Shown here piece by piece: positions 36,811 through 45,854 of a DNA stretch of 64,000 bases (position 1 is the stretch's first letter; the number at the start of each line of letters is the position of its first letter). The stretch comes from a virus. Its lineage: Duplodnaviria > Caudoviricetes. The notes below the pieces were generated by a model. That model did not search any database and had not been told where the DNA came from. It saw nothing but the letters and a program-made list of their open reading frames with translations. The DNA lies in the IMG/VR virus record IMGVR_UViG_3300048672_000970, positions 32,001-96,000 of that record, one strand, 5' to 3'. The position numbers were made by a program, and so were the translations under genes.

Positions 36811-37017
36811 ATGAGTTACACCACCCTTGATGCGGTTATCGCACGTCTGCAAGAGCTGCGCGCAGAAATTGGAAACGCTACATGTCTGACTGATGAGGGC
36901 TACCAGCTTGGCATCGTGCATGCAACTGATTGTCGATTCCTTAATGATGTGGCTGGCGACTGGCAGCTTGATGTAAATGACCTGAAGAACGGTATCATTT
37001 TGATCTGCGCGGATTAA
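36811..37017 (+). CDS. hypothetical protein
   Basis: AAGGAG SD after a promoter. Confidence 0.6.
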   Translation: MSYTTLDAVIARLQELRAEIGNATCLTDEGYQLGIVHATDCRFLNDVAGDWQLDVNDLKNGIILICAD

Positions 37018-37076
37018 CGCTCGGCGTCACGTGTTCATCTGATAAAATTTGCCAACGTCCACTAAAGGATAATCCA

Positions 37077-37769
37077 ATGTCTCTCCATCCCAATGCTGAT
37101 AAGCTGGTTATTGCAGCCCGCTATTTCCTCGCTGGCGGCAACTACACGAATGCCCAGCGCGCTCTTGAACTTGTGGTATCAACGCTAGATGGACAAGTGC
37201 GCAATGATGGCCGCCCGGCCATCATCCATCAGATTTCGATGTTTCACCATCTGCGAAGCTTCCGGGATACGATTGGAAGTTTCGTCTTGAATGGAAGTTT
37301 CGTCAGTGCCAACCAAAATAGCATAGACGTTGATGCATGGGATTTCGATTGTCTGGCCGCAGCGATCCTGCTACACGATATGCAAGAAGACTTCCCTGAC
37401 ATTTGGGCCGCCAACTCGTTCAAATTTGACGAACCTGTTAGCATGCTGGTGCATCTGCTTTCCAAGCCGGCTGCGAAGGTTGAGTTTCCTGTTTACATCG
37501 AAAGCATCCTTCAACACTCTGCTGCGGCTCCAGCCTATATGCTCAAGCTCATCGACCGGATTAACAACATGAGCACCGCCCCTGGCACGTTCAAAGCCGA
37601 CAGGCTGCAACGTTATCTTGACGAGTCTGAGTACATGATCAAGCAAGTGAAGCGCGTTCGGCGCACGGTGCCGGCTCTGGAAGGCGTCTTCGATGCGTTG
37701 AAAATCAACCTGATTCATTTGGTTGACATCGGCCACACTGTCCTCAAGCTTCGCCAAAATGAAAATTGA
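37077..37769 (+). CDS. HD-domain RelA/SpoT-like (p)ppGpp hydrolase
   Basis: GQVRNDGRPAIIH, AAILLHDMQED, KLIDRINNM. Confidence 0.8.
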   Translation: MSLHPNADKLVIAARYFLAGGNYTNAQRALELVVSTLDGQVRNDGRPAIIHQISMFHHLRSFRDTIGSFVLNGSFVSANQNSIDVDAWDFDCLAAAILLHDMQEDFPDIWAANSFKFDEPVSMLVHLLSKPAAKVEFPVYIESILQHSAAAPAYMLKLIDRINNMSTAPGTFKADRLQRYLDESEYMIKQVKRVRRTVPALEGVFDALKINLIHLVDIGHTVLKLRQNEN

Positions 37770-37959
37770 GTTCGTAATCTTTCCGGCCATTTTTGCTCTG
37801 TTGGCGCTACTGGCGTTATGCTTGGTTAGTGCTAACATCCTCATACATGATGAAATGGGCACCCTGTCTCCGTACACTAAAGACGATGTGAAATTGCTCA
37901 TCTGGGCGTTTCTCGGATTCTTTGTGGTAACGGGTGTTATGACTGTATTCACTTTTTGA
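37759..37959 (+). CDS. small membrane protein
   Basis: two hydrophobic segments. Confidence 0.55.
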   Translation: MKIEFVIFPAIFALLALLALCLVSANILIHDEMGTLSPYTKDDVKLLIWAFLGFFVVTGVMTVFTF

Positions 37960-38036
37960 AAGATATGTAACACCTGTTGACGAACTTAGGAACGAGGTGT
38001 TAGAATTCATTCATCAACTTTTTGAAAGCAGAGAAC

Positions 38037-38315
38037 ATGCAACGCACCTTTTACGTCATCCGAATTGCTGGAACTGATAAGTACATTCAGCCACTCCATG
38101 AAGGAAACCGCTTGGCAGTTCGTGATGATTTTACCTATATGGCCGTCTGCGATACTGGCTATACTGCATGCTGGTATAACGCCCTGAAATTTTCATCAGA
38201 CGAGTTGGCTAATTATTGGTTGCCCGCGCTAGAAGACATTAATGGCGGTTTTCTGAACCTGCAACGTAATGAAGTGGAGATTGTAAAAATCACTGTCAAC
38301 ATGGAGGTGGTCTAA
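38037..38315 (+). CDS. small paralog family protein (MQRTFY)
   Basis: early promoter upstream. Confidence 0.65.
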   Translation: MQRTFYVIRIAGTDKYIQPLHEGNRLAVRDDFTYMAVCDTGYTACWYNALKFSSDELANYWLPALEDINGGFLNLQRNEVEIVKITVNMEVV

Positions 38316-38498
38316 ATGACAAAACTTCTTTTCCTAGCGGCCTTGTTTTCATCAGCCGCCTGCTGGGCAATCATTATCGATTTGGTCAACTGTGTTAAAA
38401 TTGACTGGAAACGAGTGGGGTACACCGCTCTGGCGGGAATGCTGTTCGGAGTGTGTGGCCTGATTGTCTATCAAATGTTCACTGAAAAGGTGATGTAA
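38316..38498 (+). CDS. small membrane protein
   Basis: GGAGG SD, two TM segments. Confidence 0.6.
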   Translation: MTKLLFLAALFSSAACWAIIIDLVNCVKIDWKRVGYTALAGMLFGVCGLIVYQMFTEKVM

Positions 38499-38499
38499 G

Positions 38500-38826
38500 A
38501 TGCTTAAAATTGTTTTCAACGCAGCTATGCAAAAGCCCCGAGACTATGAGGCTCATAACTGCATCATCGCCCATAATGACAGTGTTCTGCTGAAAAATGC
38601 AGAATATGTATTTCGCCGATATGAAGAAAGCGAAGGCGCTTTTACGACGTTCTTCATTTCGCAAGCAACTCAACTTGATGCTCTGCGATTGATTGCGAAA
38701 CGCCGGCAAAAGGATTTTGAACTGGTGATGGATGGCAAGTCGGTGATTATCAGCAAAGGGTATTACACTGAGCCGCATCACTCTTGCTACAATATCTTTG
38801 ATGCCATTCTCAGCGAGCTGCTGTAA
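38500..38826 (+). CDS. hypothetical protein
   Basis: tight packing. Confidence 0.65.
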   Translation: MLKIVFNAAMQKPRDYEAHNCIIAHNDSVLLKNAEYVFRRYEESEGAFTTFFISQATQLDALRLIAKRRQKDFELVMDGKSVIISKGYYTEPHHSCYNIFDAILSELL

Positions 38827-38835
38827 GGATTAATC

Positions 38836-39144
38836 ATGCATTCTGAAAAAGTTAAAAACTATCTGCAGGCGCTAGAAGTGCTGGGCGACACGGAACCATT
38901 GCTGGAACAACTTGCTCGCCAGCAAATGAATATCTATGACCAGTGCAAGCATGGTCGAAACTATTGGTTAGGGCAATATTTTGAGTTCCGTCAGCATTAT
39001 GATGGTTCACTGCTGTGTATCAGCTATGAGGAACCTGGAGCCTTTGGTGACCATCCGAGAGAGGTTAATAGATGTATTCTGCACGAGTACATCATTGCTG
39101 GCGAACCGGAAAAATTTGAACAACTGCTAAGGAACGGAAAATGA
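38836..39144 (+). CDS. hypothetical, paralog family
   Basis: LHEYIIAGEPEKFEQLLR. Confidence 0.7.
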   Translation: MHSEKVKNYLQALEVLGDTEPLLEQLARQQMNIYDQCKHGRNYWLGQYFEFRQHYDGSLLCISYEEPGAFGDHPREVNRCILHEYIIAGEPEKFEQLLRNGK

Positions 39145-39617
39145 TTGATAAGAAGATTGACTATAAACAGGCCGTTACCGAGTTTGTTGAAGCGCAAAAG
39201 GTCGTCAATGCGAAACATGTGTATATGCAAGACCTTGCTATTAAGCAGTTTCAAATCATGCACGACCTTGAAACCTTAATGAATTTTGATTCTACTTCAA
39301 GCGACTGCATCGATATCTATTGGGAATCAAGAATTGACTGGAAATTTGAGGTTCGTGATTATACCAAATTTCCAGACAGGCTTTTCTGCATTGGATTCAA
39401 CGAACATCGAGATGTGGTATGCAATTTTTGGTTGGACGAGGATATCATCAGTGGGGATGCTGATACATTCCGCGTTAATTATTCTGAATCGCTGGAAGCA
39501 CTGACAAAGAAACGAGAGACTTCACAAAAGAAAGCCGTTAAGCGGGCGAATGCTAAACGCTTGAAAGAACTCCAGACTGAGATTAAACGTCTGCAGCAGC
39601 AAATGGAAGGAAATTGA
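39141..39617 (+). CDS. hypothetical, paralog family
   Basis: LDEDIISGDADTFR. Confidence 0.7.
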   Translation: MIDKKIDYKQAVTEFVEAQKVVNAKHVYMQDLAIKQFQIMHDLETLMNFDSTSSDCIDIYWESRIDWKFEVRDYTKFPDRLFCIGFNEHRDVVCNFWLDEDIISGDADTFRVNYSESLEALTKKRETSQKKAVKRANAKRLKELQTEIKRLQQQMEGN

Positions 39618-39618
39618 A

Positions 39619-40029
39619 ATGAATACCACCCAACAAACTATGGCAATGATCGGCTCGCAACTTTTTGCGGCCCAAACAACTCACGTGATGCTTATCAAAT
39701 GGGCTAAGGCCCAAGCGGAAATTATTCTGGATGTTCAGAAGGAAACTGGTGTGAATTTATGTTGTCGAGATGGTATTAATGTTTTACCAGAACGATGGAT
39801 TTTCACAAGTGTAGTGGATACTCAGAAACGGTTTTACGATGACGATAATCCATATCACATTTATTGTGATGGATATAAAAACATCGATAGCACTAGTGTT
39901 GCGTTCCCTGATATGACCTTTGCGATGGGGTTTGTGCTGCATCCATTGATTGTGGCCGGAAATACCGTTGGCTATGAAAAGTTTTTTCGGGCAGAACTTA
40001 TTGAGTATGCTGGCCGAAACCTTCGATAA
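39619..40029 (+). CDS. hypothetical, paralog family
   Basis: LHPLIVAGNTVGYEKFFR. Confidence 0.7.
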   Translation: MNTTQQTMAMIGSQLFAAQTTHVMLIKWAKAQAEIILDVQKETGVNLCCRDGINVLPERWIFTSVVDTQKRFYDDDNPYHIYCDGYKNIDSTSVAFPDMTFAMGFVLHPLIVAGNTVGYEKFFRAELIEYAGRNLR

Positions 40030-40045
40030 CATGAAAGGGCTGAAA

Positions 40046-40453
40046 ATGAACATCAAAGGGCTTTATGAAAATGCGCTTGACGCACTACAGCATGCAGAAC
40101 ATGAGGTTGCTAAAATTGCTGTCCGGCAGCATGCAATTATGCTTGAAGAATGGGAACATACTTCCCCAAATACTAAACCTGAATTTGATGTACAGTTGTT
40201 GTGGCATCTAGGGAATGATTTTCCAAAGGTATTAATCAGACTTGACGCGGATTGTGAATATGCCATAACCCGCCATCCATCTCCATATCGAGGTAAGGGG
40301 CGATTTATGTTTCGTGAAATTATTGACGAAGACTCAGATGGCAGTGTATATGGGGCAACTATCATTATCGATGATAAGATGCTTAACGGTGATGAAGAAG
40401 GTTTTCGCCAAGAGCTTCGCGCTATTATTGAATCCACGCGGGAACGGCAATGA
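40046..40453 (+). CDS. hypothetical, paralog family
   Basis: REIIDEDS...IDDKMLNGDEEGFRQELR. Confidence 0.7.
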   Translation: MNIKGLYENALDALQHAEHEVAKIAVRQHAIMLEEWEHTSPNTKPEFDVQLLWHLGNDFPKVLIRLDADCEYAITRHPSPYRGKGRFMFREIIDEDSDGSVYGATIIIDDKMLNGDEEGFRQELRAIIESTRERQ

Positions 40454-40809
40454 ACCTATACGACCAGTACACACCGGCCAAAATTGCTCTTTCAAATATT
40501 GAAAACGAGCTGGCACAAATTGCCATTCACCAAAATGACATTATGTGGGATGCTTTAGAAAATATGTCTTGGAATGTGTATTGGGTGGGGTGTGAGTTCG
40601 GTGCCGATTTGTACAAACTGGCAAATGGAGAAACCACTTGGGGGTATGAGGTTGAGTTAGAAGATACTCGAATTGTATGCCGTCAAGTGATTGACGAAGA
40701 CTCCCATTGTGGCACTACATACGGTTTCCACATTGTCATCCACCCACTCATGCTAGAAGGTAATGAAGAAGCTTTCCGAGCGCATTTCATTGACTCACTT
40801 AAAGTGTAA
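40450..40809 (+). CDS. hypothetical, paralog family
   Basis: RQVIDEDS...IHPLMLEGNEEAFR. Confidence 0.7.
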   Translation: MNLYDQYTPAKIALSNIENELAQIAIHQNDIMWDALENMSWNVYWVGCEFGADLYKLANGETTWGYEVELEDTRIVCRQVIDEDSHCGTTYGFHIVIHPLMLEGNEEAFRAHFIDSLKV

Positions 40810-40870
40810 CAGTGCTGGACTTCCCGAAGAACCCGAGCTATAATTCATTCATCAACTTAAGGAGCTTGCG

Positions 40871-41296
40871 ATGATTTACACGATTATTGGTTTCAAGAAC
40901 GGTTATGACGCCTGGCGCAACCGCGAACGAGATTATGAAAACGACAAACCCATGGAATGTCGCATCAAATCATTCCGAGAAAATGAGCGTGAGGCATTCA
41001 TGCAAGAATGGGCGCATGAAGATGTTTTCTGTGAATATGACCATTTTGAAATCCTTTTGAATGGCATCAACGAGCATGATATGACTGACCAAGAGTGGGA
41101 AGAATTTAGCGTGCTTGAAAAGGCAATACGTGAACAGTATATCCCCGCTGTGCGGGCCGCCAAGGTGGCTGCTGAGGCTGAAGAACGCGAACGGCGTGCA
41201 AATGCTGCTGTTGAACAGGCTAGGCGGCTCGCGGCGCAAAACCGTGAAAATGACCTTCGAGCCTTCAACGAACTGAAGCGTAAATTGAACATGTAA
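40871..41296 (+). CDS. hypothetical protein with C-terminal coiled coil
   Basis: promoter TGGACT-17-TATAAT, AAGGAG SD. Confidence 0.7.
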   Translation: MIYTIIGFKNGYDAWRNRERDYENDKPMECRIKSFRENEREAFMQEWAHEDVFCEYDHFEILLNGINEHDMTDQEWEEFSVLEKAIREQYIPAVRAAKVAAEAEERERRANAAVEQARRLAAQNRENDLRAFNELKRKLNM

Positions 41297-41340
41297 CAGT
41301 GCTTGATTTGCTGCAACGGTAAAACCGTGTTACAATACGT

Positions 41341-41395
41341 TTGAAACAGTTATGAGATGGATGCAAACCGGCGTTAGCTTGTAACTGTTTTGAAC
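41341..41395 (+). ncRNA. possible small hairpin RNA
   Basis: AAACAGTTATGAG / CTTGTAACTGTTT stem directly after a TACAAT -10 box. Confidence 0.3.
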
Positions 41396-41444
41396 GTGTA
41401 AATAATTGATGAACACTGTGTTATAATTGAAATGTGTGCATAGT

Positions 41445-41529
41445 CCGCCATTGTCGAAACTAGAAAACGAAGTGGACTTAAAATCCACCGCCCTTGACGG
41501 GCTTGCAGGTGCAAATCCTGTATGGCGGA
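41445..41529 (+). tRNA. tRNA-Leu(UAA), atypical, no encoded CCA
   Basis: GTGGA-CTTAAAA-TCCAC, long variable arm, GCAGG-TGCAAAT-CCTGT, CCGCCAT/ATGGCGG acceptor. Confidence 0.75.
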
Positions 41530-41543
41530 CTATGCGCATATTT

Positions 41544-41618
41544 GCGGGTATAGTTTAGTTGGAAAAACTACTGCCTTCCAAGCAGAAGTCGCCGGTTCGA
41601 TTCCGGCTACCCGCTCCA
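41544..41618 (+). tRNA. tRNA-Gly(UCC)
   Basis: canonical cloverleaf, CTTCCAA loop, TCCA end. Confidence 0.93.
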
Positions 41619-41621
41619 AAT

Positions 41622-41709
41622 GGGAACGTATACCTCTAAGGAGAAGGCCCGGACTGTAAATCCGGTGTCCGAAAGGACTCGCTGTGATCGTTACACAGAG
41701 TTCCCACCA
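41622..41709 (+). tRNA. tRNA-Tyr(GUA) with atypical T-loop AUCGUUA
   Basis: CCGGA-CTGTAAA-TCCGG, variable arm GTCC-GAAA-GGAC, ACCA end. Confidence 0.85.
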
Positions 41710-41716
41710 GAACAAC

Positions 41717-41791
41717 GCGTCTATCATACAATGGATAGTATAACGGTCTTCTAATCCGTAAATTTAGGTTCAATTCCTAATAGACGCCCCA
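41717..41791 (+). tRNA. tRNA-Arg(UCU)
   Basis: GCGTCTA/TAGACGC acceptor, CTTCTAA loop, A20, CCA. Confidence 0.88.
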
Positions 41792-41798
41792 GAACAAA

Positions 41799-41874
41799 TG
41801 GGGTATAATTCAATTGGTTAGAATAGAAAACTTCTAATTTTCCTATCAGGGTTCGATTCCCTGTGCCCCAACCA
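41799..41874 (+). tRNA. second tRNA with UCU anticodon, Gln-like U1-A72 acceptor
   Basis: TGGGGTA/TGCCCCA, GAAAA-CTTCTAA-TTTTC, TTCGATT loop, ACCA. Confidence 0.85.
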
Positions 41875-41876
41875 AA

Positions 41877-41905
41877 TAAAAAGAGACTCCAACGAGTCTC
41901 TTTTT
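41877..41905 (+). terminator. intrinsic terminator after the tRNA cluster
   Basis: AAAAAGAGACTC-caac-GAGTCTCTTTTT. Confidence 0.75.
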
Positions 41906-42042
41906 CATTCCAACATCATGCGTTTCATAACGGCCGTAAAAACTGTGCTCACGATGGTGCTTAAACTTTGTTTTTGCCAGAACTGGTAATGTCGGTCAAA
42001 ACCAGTTTAACCATCCGTTAAATACCTAAAACCAATACTCCT

Positions 42043-42663
42043 ATGCTTCTCAAACAACTTCTTTCTGAAATGCCAGTAGCTATTAACACCGAATTGGTCG
42101 ATTCTGGTGATGAACCTTTTACGGTCTTTTTCATGTCTGATGACACTATGAAACGCCGTGGATATAGAGAGATAGGTAAAAAGGGTAAAGTTCATATCAT
42201 GCTCAGTAAAAACAATCAAATCTGCGTGGCTGGATTTGAAGATATTCGGCATGATGGAACTTCTGGTTTCAAGGTTTTAGGGATGTTAGAGTTCAAAATG
42301 CAGCTCAATCTGGGCATCGACCTGCATACACAAGGGCAAATGGTGCAGGTGGAACTGGTTGAGGTATCTGACCAATTCAAAGAGCTTGGATTGGGCAGTT
42401 TCATGTATCATCGGGTGGTGCAGTCTGGCTTGACGTTGGTTTCAGACAATCAACAATATCTTGGCGGACAATCACTCTGGCGAAAGATTGCGAAAGCGCA
42501 TATGGCTGATGAAGTGGTCTATGTCATGCAGAAAGGGAAGTTACTCTCTGATAGTGATGGACAACCTATCGAGTATGATGGCAAGAACATTCCGGATTCG
42601 AGTATTTGGAGTGAAGATGCTACTCACAAGCACACCTTGCTGATTTACACAAAACGGGGGTGA
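42043..42663 (+). CDS. GNAT-like acetyltransferase, probably late/virion
   Basis: VELVEV.DQFKELGLGSFMY...LVSDNQQYLGGQSLW; TAAATA at 42019. Confidence 0.55.
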   Translation: MLLKQLLSEMPVAINTELVDSGDEPFTVFFMSDDTMKRRGYREIGKKGKVHIMLSKNNQICVAGFEDIRHDGTSGFKVLGMLEFKMQLNLGIDLHTQGQMVQVELVEVSDQFKELGLGSFMYHRVVQSGLTLVSDNQQYLGGQSLWRKIAKAHMADEVVYVMQKGKLLSDSDGQPIEYDGKNIPDSSIWSEDATHKHTLLIYTKRG

Positions 42664-42796
42664 TGGATGTTGGGTATGCTAAAGAAGGGGTGTTTGAACT
42701 TACTGCGCCGGAGCTGAAAAAGATGCAACAAATGCTTGAAGCGCGTTTCAGAATCCATTACAATCGATGAATCGAAACCAACTGGAGAAAAATTTC

Positions 42797-43489
42797 ATGG
42801 CTGACCAGCAACCGCCGAAACCGGCACGAAATGAAATTGATGAAGAAGAACGTTCGGCACTTAAGCAATGGTCTGAAAATACTCTACTTCTTTCACGCGC
42901 TGAAGCTGATGTCTTCATGAAGGAGAACGCTGAACACATTTATTATAAGTACGGCCTCGGAATGGAAATCATTCAGCGATGTGATACACGCGAACAGTTT
43001 ATTAGTTTCATGCTACGCTCTGCCGTACATTATGACCCGCACAGTTGGATGAACGGTACGCCATATTTTGTGAACGCTGGGGAAAAGCGGAATCTGTGGC
43101 TGTCGACGGAAGCTATTGAACGTATCGTCAAGGAGCATCCAGAGCAATGCTTGGTGGATTCGTGTACGTTTGACTCTGAAGAATTGGATAACGTTTTTGG
43201 GTTTGAAGAATACCGAGTGATGCCTTACAAGGTAGCATCTGAACCGCAATACCTGTTTGATTTCAATAGATTCTATTGGGATGAGCGTGGCGACCGGCGT
43301 TTTCATTTTCAAAAAGTTGAAATGCCTGTTTATGACATCGCCGATTTTGAAGTGGCGGCGGATTTGGAATTTCCGTTAATGGTCAGTTTGATTTCGCATG
43401 ACACGTTTGACCGCTGTGGGTCGATTACGGGGTGCCAAGTGACCATTTACCCGGTAGACCTTGAACCTGGGATTATTCGGGTGGTGTAA
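42797..43489 (+). CDS. hypothetical protein
   Basis: GGAG SD before MADQQ. Confidence 0.7.
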   Translation: MADQQPPKPARNEIDEEERSALKQWSENTLLLSRAEADVFMKENAEHIYYKYGLGMEIIQRCDTREQFISFMLRSAVHYDPHSWMNGTPYFVNAGEKRNLWLSTEAIERIVKEHPEQCLVDSCTFDSEELDNVFGFEEYRVMPYKVASEPQYLFDFNRFYWDERGDRRFHFQKVEMPVYDIADFEVAADLEFPLMVSLISHDTFDRCGSITGCQVTIYPVDLEPGIIRVV

Positions 43490-43564
43490 TAAAGTGTAAC
43501 GAGGCTTGACCGTTGTGAAAACCATTGGTATCATTAACCATCTAATCCCAAACAGGAGCAACCT

Positions 43565-43837
43565 ATCAACTATTTCGCCATCCGCCACAAACCTAGCAGT
43601 TTGTTCCTCACGCCCCGCTCATCTAAAACCGTTGCAACCGATGTTAAAAACATCCTTGACGGTGCAACGTTCACGCTTGGGCAAGGGAGTGAGTTAGCGG
43701 TCAAATTTTCCACAAAGCCGCTGGCCGAAGCGGCGCTAAAGTTCAACTACCCTAGCGAAATTTATTACGTCTGGGTGGGTACAGTGTGTCACATCGTTTC
43801 TGCTGAAACGCTTGAAATCATTGAATTGGAGTGGTAA
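43565..43837 (+). CDS. small paralog family protein with ATC in place of the start codon
   Basis: promoter TTGACC-17-TATCAT, AGGAG SD, then ATC-AAC-TAT-TTC-GCC-ATC, like MKFFAI paralogs. Confidence 0.5.
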   Translation: MNYFAIRHKPSSLFLTPRSSKTVATDVKNILDGATFTLGQGSELAVKFSTKPLAEAALKFNYPSEIYYVWVGTVCHIVSAETLEIIELEW

Positions 43838-43839
43838 CC

Positions 43840-44136
43840 ATGAAATACTATGTTCTGCAACTTCTTGGAGACAATGTGTTCCTGTCGCCGTGGAACACCG
43901 GCGTTGATCAAGCCTATAACACATCAAGAGATTTGTCCGCAGTATGTAGCGATACGCTCGTTAGCGCCCTTTCCGAAGCACTTCAATTTGCCTCGTTGTC
44001 AGACATCATTTTGGCATTCTATCGATGCGAGAGCATCAACATCTTTTGCCCATTCACCAAAAGGTTCAGATATGTCACCCTGGAAGACTTTGAAGTGATT
44101 GAAGTCTCTGTTAAAATGAAGACTGTTGAAATCTAA
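43840..44136 (+). CDS. small paralog family protein (MKYYVL)
   Basis: GGAG SD; C-terminus EVIEVSVKMK. Confidence 0.65.
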   Translation: MKYYVLQLLGDNVFLSPWNTGVDQAYNTSRDLSAVCSDTLVSALSEALQFASLSDIILAFYRCESINIFCPFTKRFRYVTLEDFEVIEVSVKMKTVEI

Positions 44137-44180
44137 CATCGGTTGCAAAACATTGCAGCCGGTGTTAGAATAAAGTTTTA

Positions 44181-44255
44181 GGGCCGGTAGCTCAATGGCA
44201 GAGCAGCGAACTCATAATTCGACGGTCAATGGTTCAATTCCATTCCGGCCTACCA
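44181..44255 (+). tRNA. tRNA-CAU, probably Ile2 (lysidine type)
   Basis: CTCATAA loop; C4-G69 and C5-G68 acceptor pairs, the TilS determinants; ACCA. Confidence 0.8.
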
Positions 44256-44277
44256 CTCATCTTGAAAAGGAAATATC

Positions 44278-44850
44278 ATGAACATGGAAGCTATCAAGGA
44301 AGTTCTGGCGCGCGCCAGTCAATACATGAATGAACATTGGCAGCAACCCAATGGTCAGTTGACTGTTTGCGCAGAAGCATGGTTCCAAGGCGAACTTGTC
44401 CGAGAAGATTCAGCTACCAACGCTTTTCGGGTTACGTATCTCTATCGTGACTCAGAAGGCGATCTTGAAAGTGAACCAGTTTGTTCATTTTTCGTGTCTG
44501 AGACTGAGACTGGAAAGGTCGCTGGATTTTATGAGTTTTTTGGTATTGATAGCCTGGATAATTTCACGATGTTTCATACTGGCGGTTTCACTGATGAACT
44601 TCTGGCAGCAGCTAAAATGGATGCAACCTCAGCTCCCAAGTGGGCTGCCAATTTTGATGGTGACGAATTTGAAATCTATCAATTGAGTCAAGCGGACATC
44701 ATGTTTGATGTTACTGGATACGATACGCCAGAAGAAGCAAAAGCGGCACTGCTGCGCGAGTATGCCGATGGTGCCCAAAAGTGGCGTGCTCACGCAGACC
44801 TGCAAGAACAGCGCCTGCAACGCTTGCAGCAAGCGATTAACGAAGGCTGA
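44278..44850 (+). CDS. hypothetical protein
   Basis: AAGGA SD; C-terminal TPEEAKAALL coiled coil. Confidence 0.7.
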   Translation: MNMEAIKEVLARASQYMNEHWQQPNGQLTVCAEAWFQGELVREDSATNAFRVTYLYRDSEGDLESEPVCSFFVSETETGKVAGFYEFFGIDSLDNFTMFHTGGFTDELLAAAKMDATSAPKWAANFDGDEFEIYQLSQADIMFDVTGYDTPEEAKAALLREYADGAQKWRAHADLQEQRLQRLQQAINEG

Positions 44851-44896
44851 TATGGTTTTGTGAACCGAAAAACGAACTGGCTTGAAAGGAATGAAA

Positions 44897-45550
44897 ATGG
44901 GAATTAAGACTGTTGCTGCAAATCTGAAAAAGGCACTTGAGGCGAATGGTTTCAGTGTAACGTCCGTTGACGTTGATTATTCAAATGGACATGACCTGTG
45001 GGTTTGTGTTAGTGGGGAACGGATCGGCCGATATGAAAAAACGGATGGTGAATGGTGGTATGAGCACCACTCGATTAATTACATTGCTATTCGTCCGGTT
45101 TTCCGTGTTTTTGCGGAAAAGCATATTACTGAATGGTTCATGGCCGCTGATGAAAGGCAGCCTAATGCCTATACATGGTACTGGTGCCCTGAACCGGAAC
45201 GTGCCTATATCAGCAATAATGGAGAGCTTACAAGTGGCTATATCAGCAATGATGGAGAGCTTACTAGCGAACTTCGCATTTTCAGTATTTCAGCACCATA
45301 CTCTTGTGAAGCTGACGACTGTACCAACACAGCGGGTTTTACGAAAAATCAACACTTCGTTTTGTTTAACATTTGGCTGGAGAACTCGATTATTGCGGAT
45401 TCCCTTGATGAGTTGCGTGATAAACTACAGCAGCGCATCGCCAACGAATTCAATGTTATACGGGCACAGTTGGCACAGATTGACAAGCGTGAACTCAGTA
45501 TCATTAATTCGCTGTCATCTATCCCCGTGGAGAACATGAATGAAAATTGA
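44897..45550 (+). CDS. hypothetical protein
   Basis: internal duplication YISNNGELTS-GYISNDGELTS. Confidence 0.7.
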   Translation: MGIKTVAANLKKALEANGFSVTSVDVDYSNGHDLWVCVSGERIGRYEKTDGEWWYEHHSINYIAIRPVFRVFAEKHITEWFMAADERQPNAYTWYWCPEPERAYISNNGELTSGYISNDGELTSELRIFSISAPYSCEADDCTNTAGFTKNQHFVLFNIWLENSIIADSLDELRDKLQQRIANEFNVIRAQLAQIDKRELSIINSLSSIPVENMNEN

Positions 45551-45854
45551 AGACCTTGCAGACTACATTCAGTATTTCAATGAACGGGAATACTCTCGTA
45601 TGTGGCCTAAAATAGAGCAATTGCTAGAACGCTACCCGACTGCAAATTTTGGTCACGCATGGAACGAAACTGACAATACCATTTTGATTTACTCTCGGAC
45701 TGCGGGTAATTATTTCAGTGTGGAGTTTTACCCGGATGGTGAACATGTTTTCGCGGTGATGGCTAATGGTGGTGTTGTTGTTAAAACAGGACTTTGGTAT
45801 CTCGCTGATGACCTCCCTGAAGAATTTTGTGAAAGGATTCAAAATGACAATTAA
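45540..45854 (+). CDS. hypothetical protein
   Basis: GGAG SD. Confidence 0.65.
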   Translation: MKIEDLADYIQYFNEREYSRMWPKIEQLLERYPTANFGHAWNETDNTILIYSRTAGNYFSVEFYPDGEHVFAVMANGGVVVKTGLWYLADDLPEEFCERIQNDN

